From: Candidatus Rokuibacteriota bacterium
GTDB lineage: Bacteria > Methylomirabilota > Methylomirabilia > Rokubacteriales > CSP1-6
Assembly (NCBI GenBank): GCA_003220195.1
Contig: QHRT01000087.1
Span: forward strand, 1,678-43,500
Length of the DNA: 41,823 nucleotides
Direction: 5' to 3'
Every line of letters starts with the position of its first letter. Positions within the stretch are counted from its first letter, which is position 1. Made by a program: the position numbers and the translations under genes. Below, one piece after another: positions 38,964-41,823 of the stretch. The notes beneath the pieces are model-generated. The model had not been told where the DNA came from and ran no database searches. It saw only the letters and a list, made by a program, of their open reading frames with translations.

Positions 38964-39698
38964 GTGAAACGGTGGGTCACGCTCGCAGTCGGCACGCTGA
39001 TGGGCCAGTGGCTTGCCTTCGGCGGCAGCGAATCGCCGGCCCGCGCCTACAGCGCGGGAGTCGTCGCCTGGGATCGACAGGACTACGCCGAGGCCGCGCG
39101 CCGCTGGAGCCGCGCGACCGCCTTGCAGCCGGACAACCCGTACTTTCATTACAGGCTCGCCAGCGCGCTGAGCCGGCTCGGCCAGCGCACGTCGGCGGCC
39201 GACGCCTATCGCCTGGCGCTCCTGCTCGAGCCGCCGGATCACCTCGCGCGGCTCGCGAAGAACGAGCTCGTGCGACTGACCGACGACGCCCCGCCGCGGC
39301 CGCCGGCGGACGGTGGCAGCGTCGCTCTCGACCTCGCGAACGGGGTGTGGATCGTCCCCGTCACCCTGAACGGCGTGCGCTCCGCGCGGTTCTTGCTCGA
39401 TACGGGCGCGAGCGTCTCCCTGATCGCGCCGGCGCTGGCGCAGCGTCTCTCGCTGTCGGCCGCGGACGGACCCCAGCCTCTCCAGCCGCAACCCGTTGCG
39501 GGTCTCACCACCGGCCCGGCGGTCAGGATTCCGTCGCTGCGCGTCGGAGACGTCGAGATCAGGAACACCCTGGCCGTCGTGCACGATCCCGGGCCGCCCG
39601 TCGACGGCATCCTGGGGAACACGTTCCTCGGTCGCTTCCGGGTCACCATCGACTCGGACGAGAAGAGGCTCGTGCTCGTCCCGCTCGTGCGCGACTGA
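38964..39698 (+). CDS. Exported TPR plus retropepsin-like aspartyl protease
   Basis: Signal-like N-terminus, TPR (ALQPDNPYFHYRLA), FLLDTGAS, GILGNTFL. Confidence 0.85.
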   Translation: MKRWVTLAVGTLMGQWLAFGGSESPARAYSAGVVAWDRQDYAEAARRWSRATALQPDNPYFHYRLASALSRLGQRTSAADAYRLALLLEPPDHLARLAKNELVRLTDDAPPRPPADGGSVALDLANGVWIVPVTLNGVRSARFLLDTGASVSLIAPALAQRLSLSAADGPQPLQPQPVAGLTTGPAVRIPSLRVGDVEIRNTLAVVHDPGPPVDGILGNTFLGRFRVTIDSDEKRLVLVPLVRD

Positions 39699-39788
39699 CG
39701 CACGCGGGATCGCCACGCTTCTCCACGCTCCCTGGCACGCTGAAAACCCGGGCGCTCGATGCCGTGAAAGAACTACCTGGAGGACGTC

Positions 39789-41175
<1,387 letters not shown>

Positions 41176-41353
41176 CGCTCGCGGCCTGAACAAGCGATCT
41201 TCCTGGCCCCCTCGTCGCCCCTGTCAGCGGGGCGGCGGGGTGACCAGGTCACCTGCCTCCGGACCGTCCCGGGCGACACGCCTCCGCCAAATCCGCGGGC
41301 ATCCTGTCCCGAAAGCCGGGTAATTTGCCCGACCCCTCCGCGCGGGAAATGAT

Positions 41354-41370
41354 TCGGCACAGGCGTTGCA
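41354..41370 (+). promoter_or_regulatory. Sigma54 (-24/-12) promoter upstream of the DksA-like gene
   Basis: TCGGCACAGGCGTTGCA = GG-N10-GC with TTGCA. Confidence 0.65.
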
Positions 41371-41413
41371 CGAGCCTGGCGCGCGGTTACGGCCCAACGG
41401 GAGGAGGCGGATT

Positions 41414-41815
41414 GTGGACACGATTAGGGAGACTTTGGAACGCGAGCTCAGGACAGTGATGAGCCGCCTGCGGCTTCTGGAAGGCGCGGTCCTGCTCACG
41501 GAGTCACTGGGAACGCTCGGGGACAATACGCCGTTCGCCGACGAGGTGGACGAGATCCAGGCCAACGAGCGACGGGAAATCGGGTTCGCCACGCGCGAGC
41601 TGCTCGTCGACCGTGTGAACCGCCTCGTCGCAGCCCTGGACCGGCTGCGTGACGGGGAGTACGGGGTCTGCATCGAATGCGGAGAGTCGATTGCTCCGGC
41701 ACGCCTCAGAGTCATGCCGGAGGTGGCCACCTGCGTGCGCTGTCAGGATCGACTCGAGCGGACGAGTCACCAGCTCGAAGCGGTGGGCGTCGGAGCGGAC
41801 GCGGAAGACGATTGA
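41414..41815 (+). CDS. DksA/TraR C4 zinc-finger family protein
   Basis: ADEVDE coiled-coil tip, YGVCIECGESI...RLRVMP...CVRCQ. GGAGGAGG RBS before GTG 41414. Confidence 0.88.
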   Translation: MDTIRETLERELRTVMSRLRLLEGAVLLTESLGTLGDNTPFADEVDEIQANERREIGFATRELLVDRVNRLVAALDRLRDGEYGVCIECGESIAPARLRVMPEVATCVRCQDRLERTSHQLEAVGVGADAEDD

Positions 41816-41823
41816 TCACGGAC

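Noticed and set aside
39733-39748. TGGCACG sigma54-like box before the malic enzyme
   Set aside because: No GC at the -12 position (AC instead).

Overview
High-GC bacterial chromosomal window. Gene style and the repeat family suggest Candidatus Rokubacteria/Methylomirabilota, but this is inference only. Contents in order: htpX; the yceD-rpmF-plsX-fabHDG-acpP-fabF operon, ending in a short RNase III with no dsRBD; a site-2 protease; an SDR plus a putative 2-aminoethylphosphonate-type ABC transporter; a Cys/Met PLP enzyme; a hybrid histidine kinase; small genes including an AhpD/CMD-like probable selenoprotein (CPF-UGA followed by a SECIS-like hairpin) and a divergent GroES-like protein; a split cobalamin methyltransferase cluster (corrinoid protein, homocysteine methyltransferase, reactivation domain); a crotonase/CoA-transferase pair; aroK; YitJ-like HMT-MTHFR; an amidase and a D-aminoacylase; a GAF kinase/sigma54 regulator pair; an RRM protein; a DUF169-MtaA/UroD fusion; a TPR-aspartyl protease; an ACT-malic enzyme; and a DksA/TraR-like gene. 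Two inverted copies of a ~170 bp structured element with terminal inverted repeats show compensatory base changes. Many genes look leaderless, three sigma54-like promoters are visible, and several genes carry apparent short internal deletions that may be assembly artefacts. No rRNA, tRNA, CRISPR array or transposase was seen.
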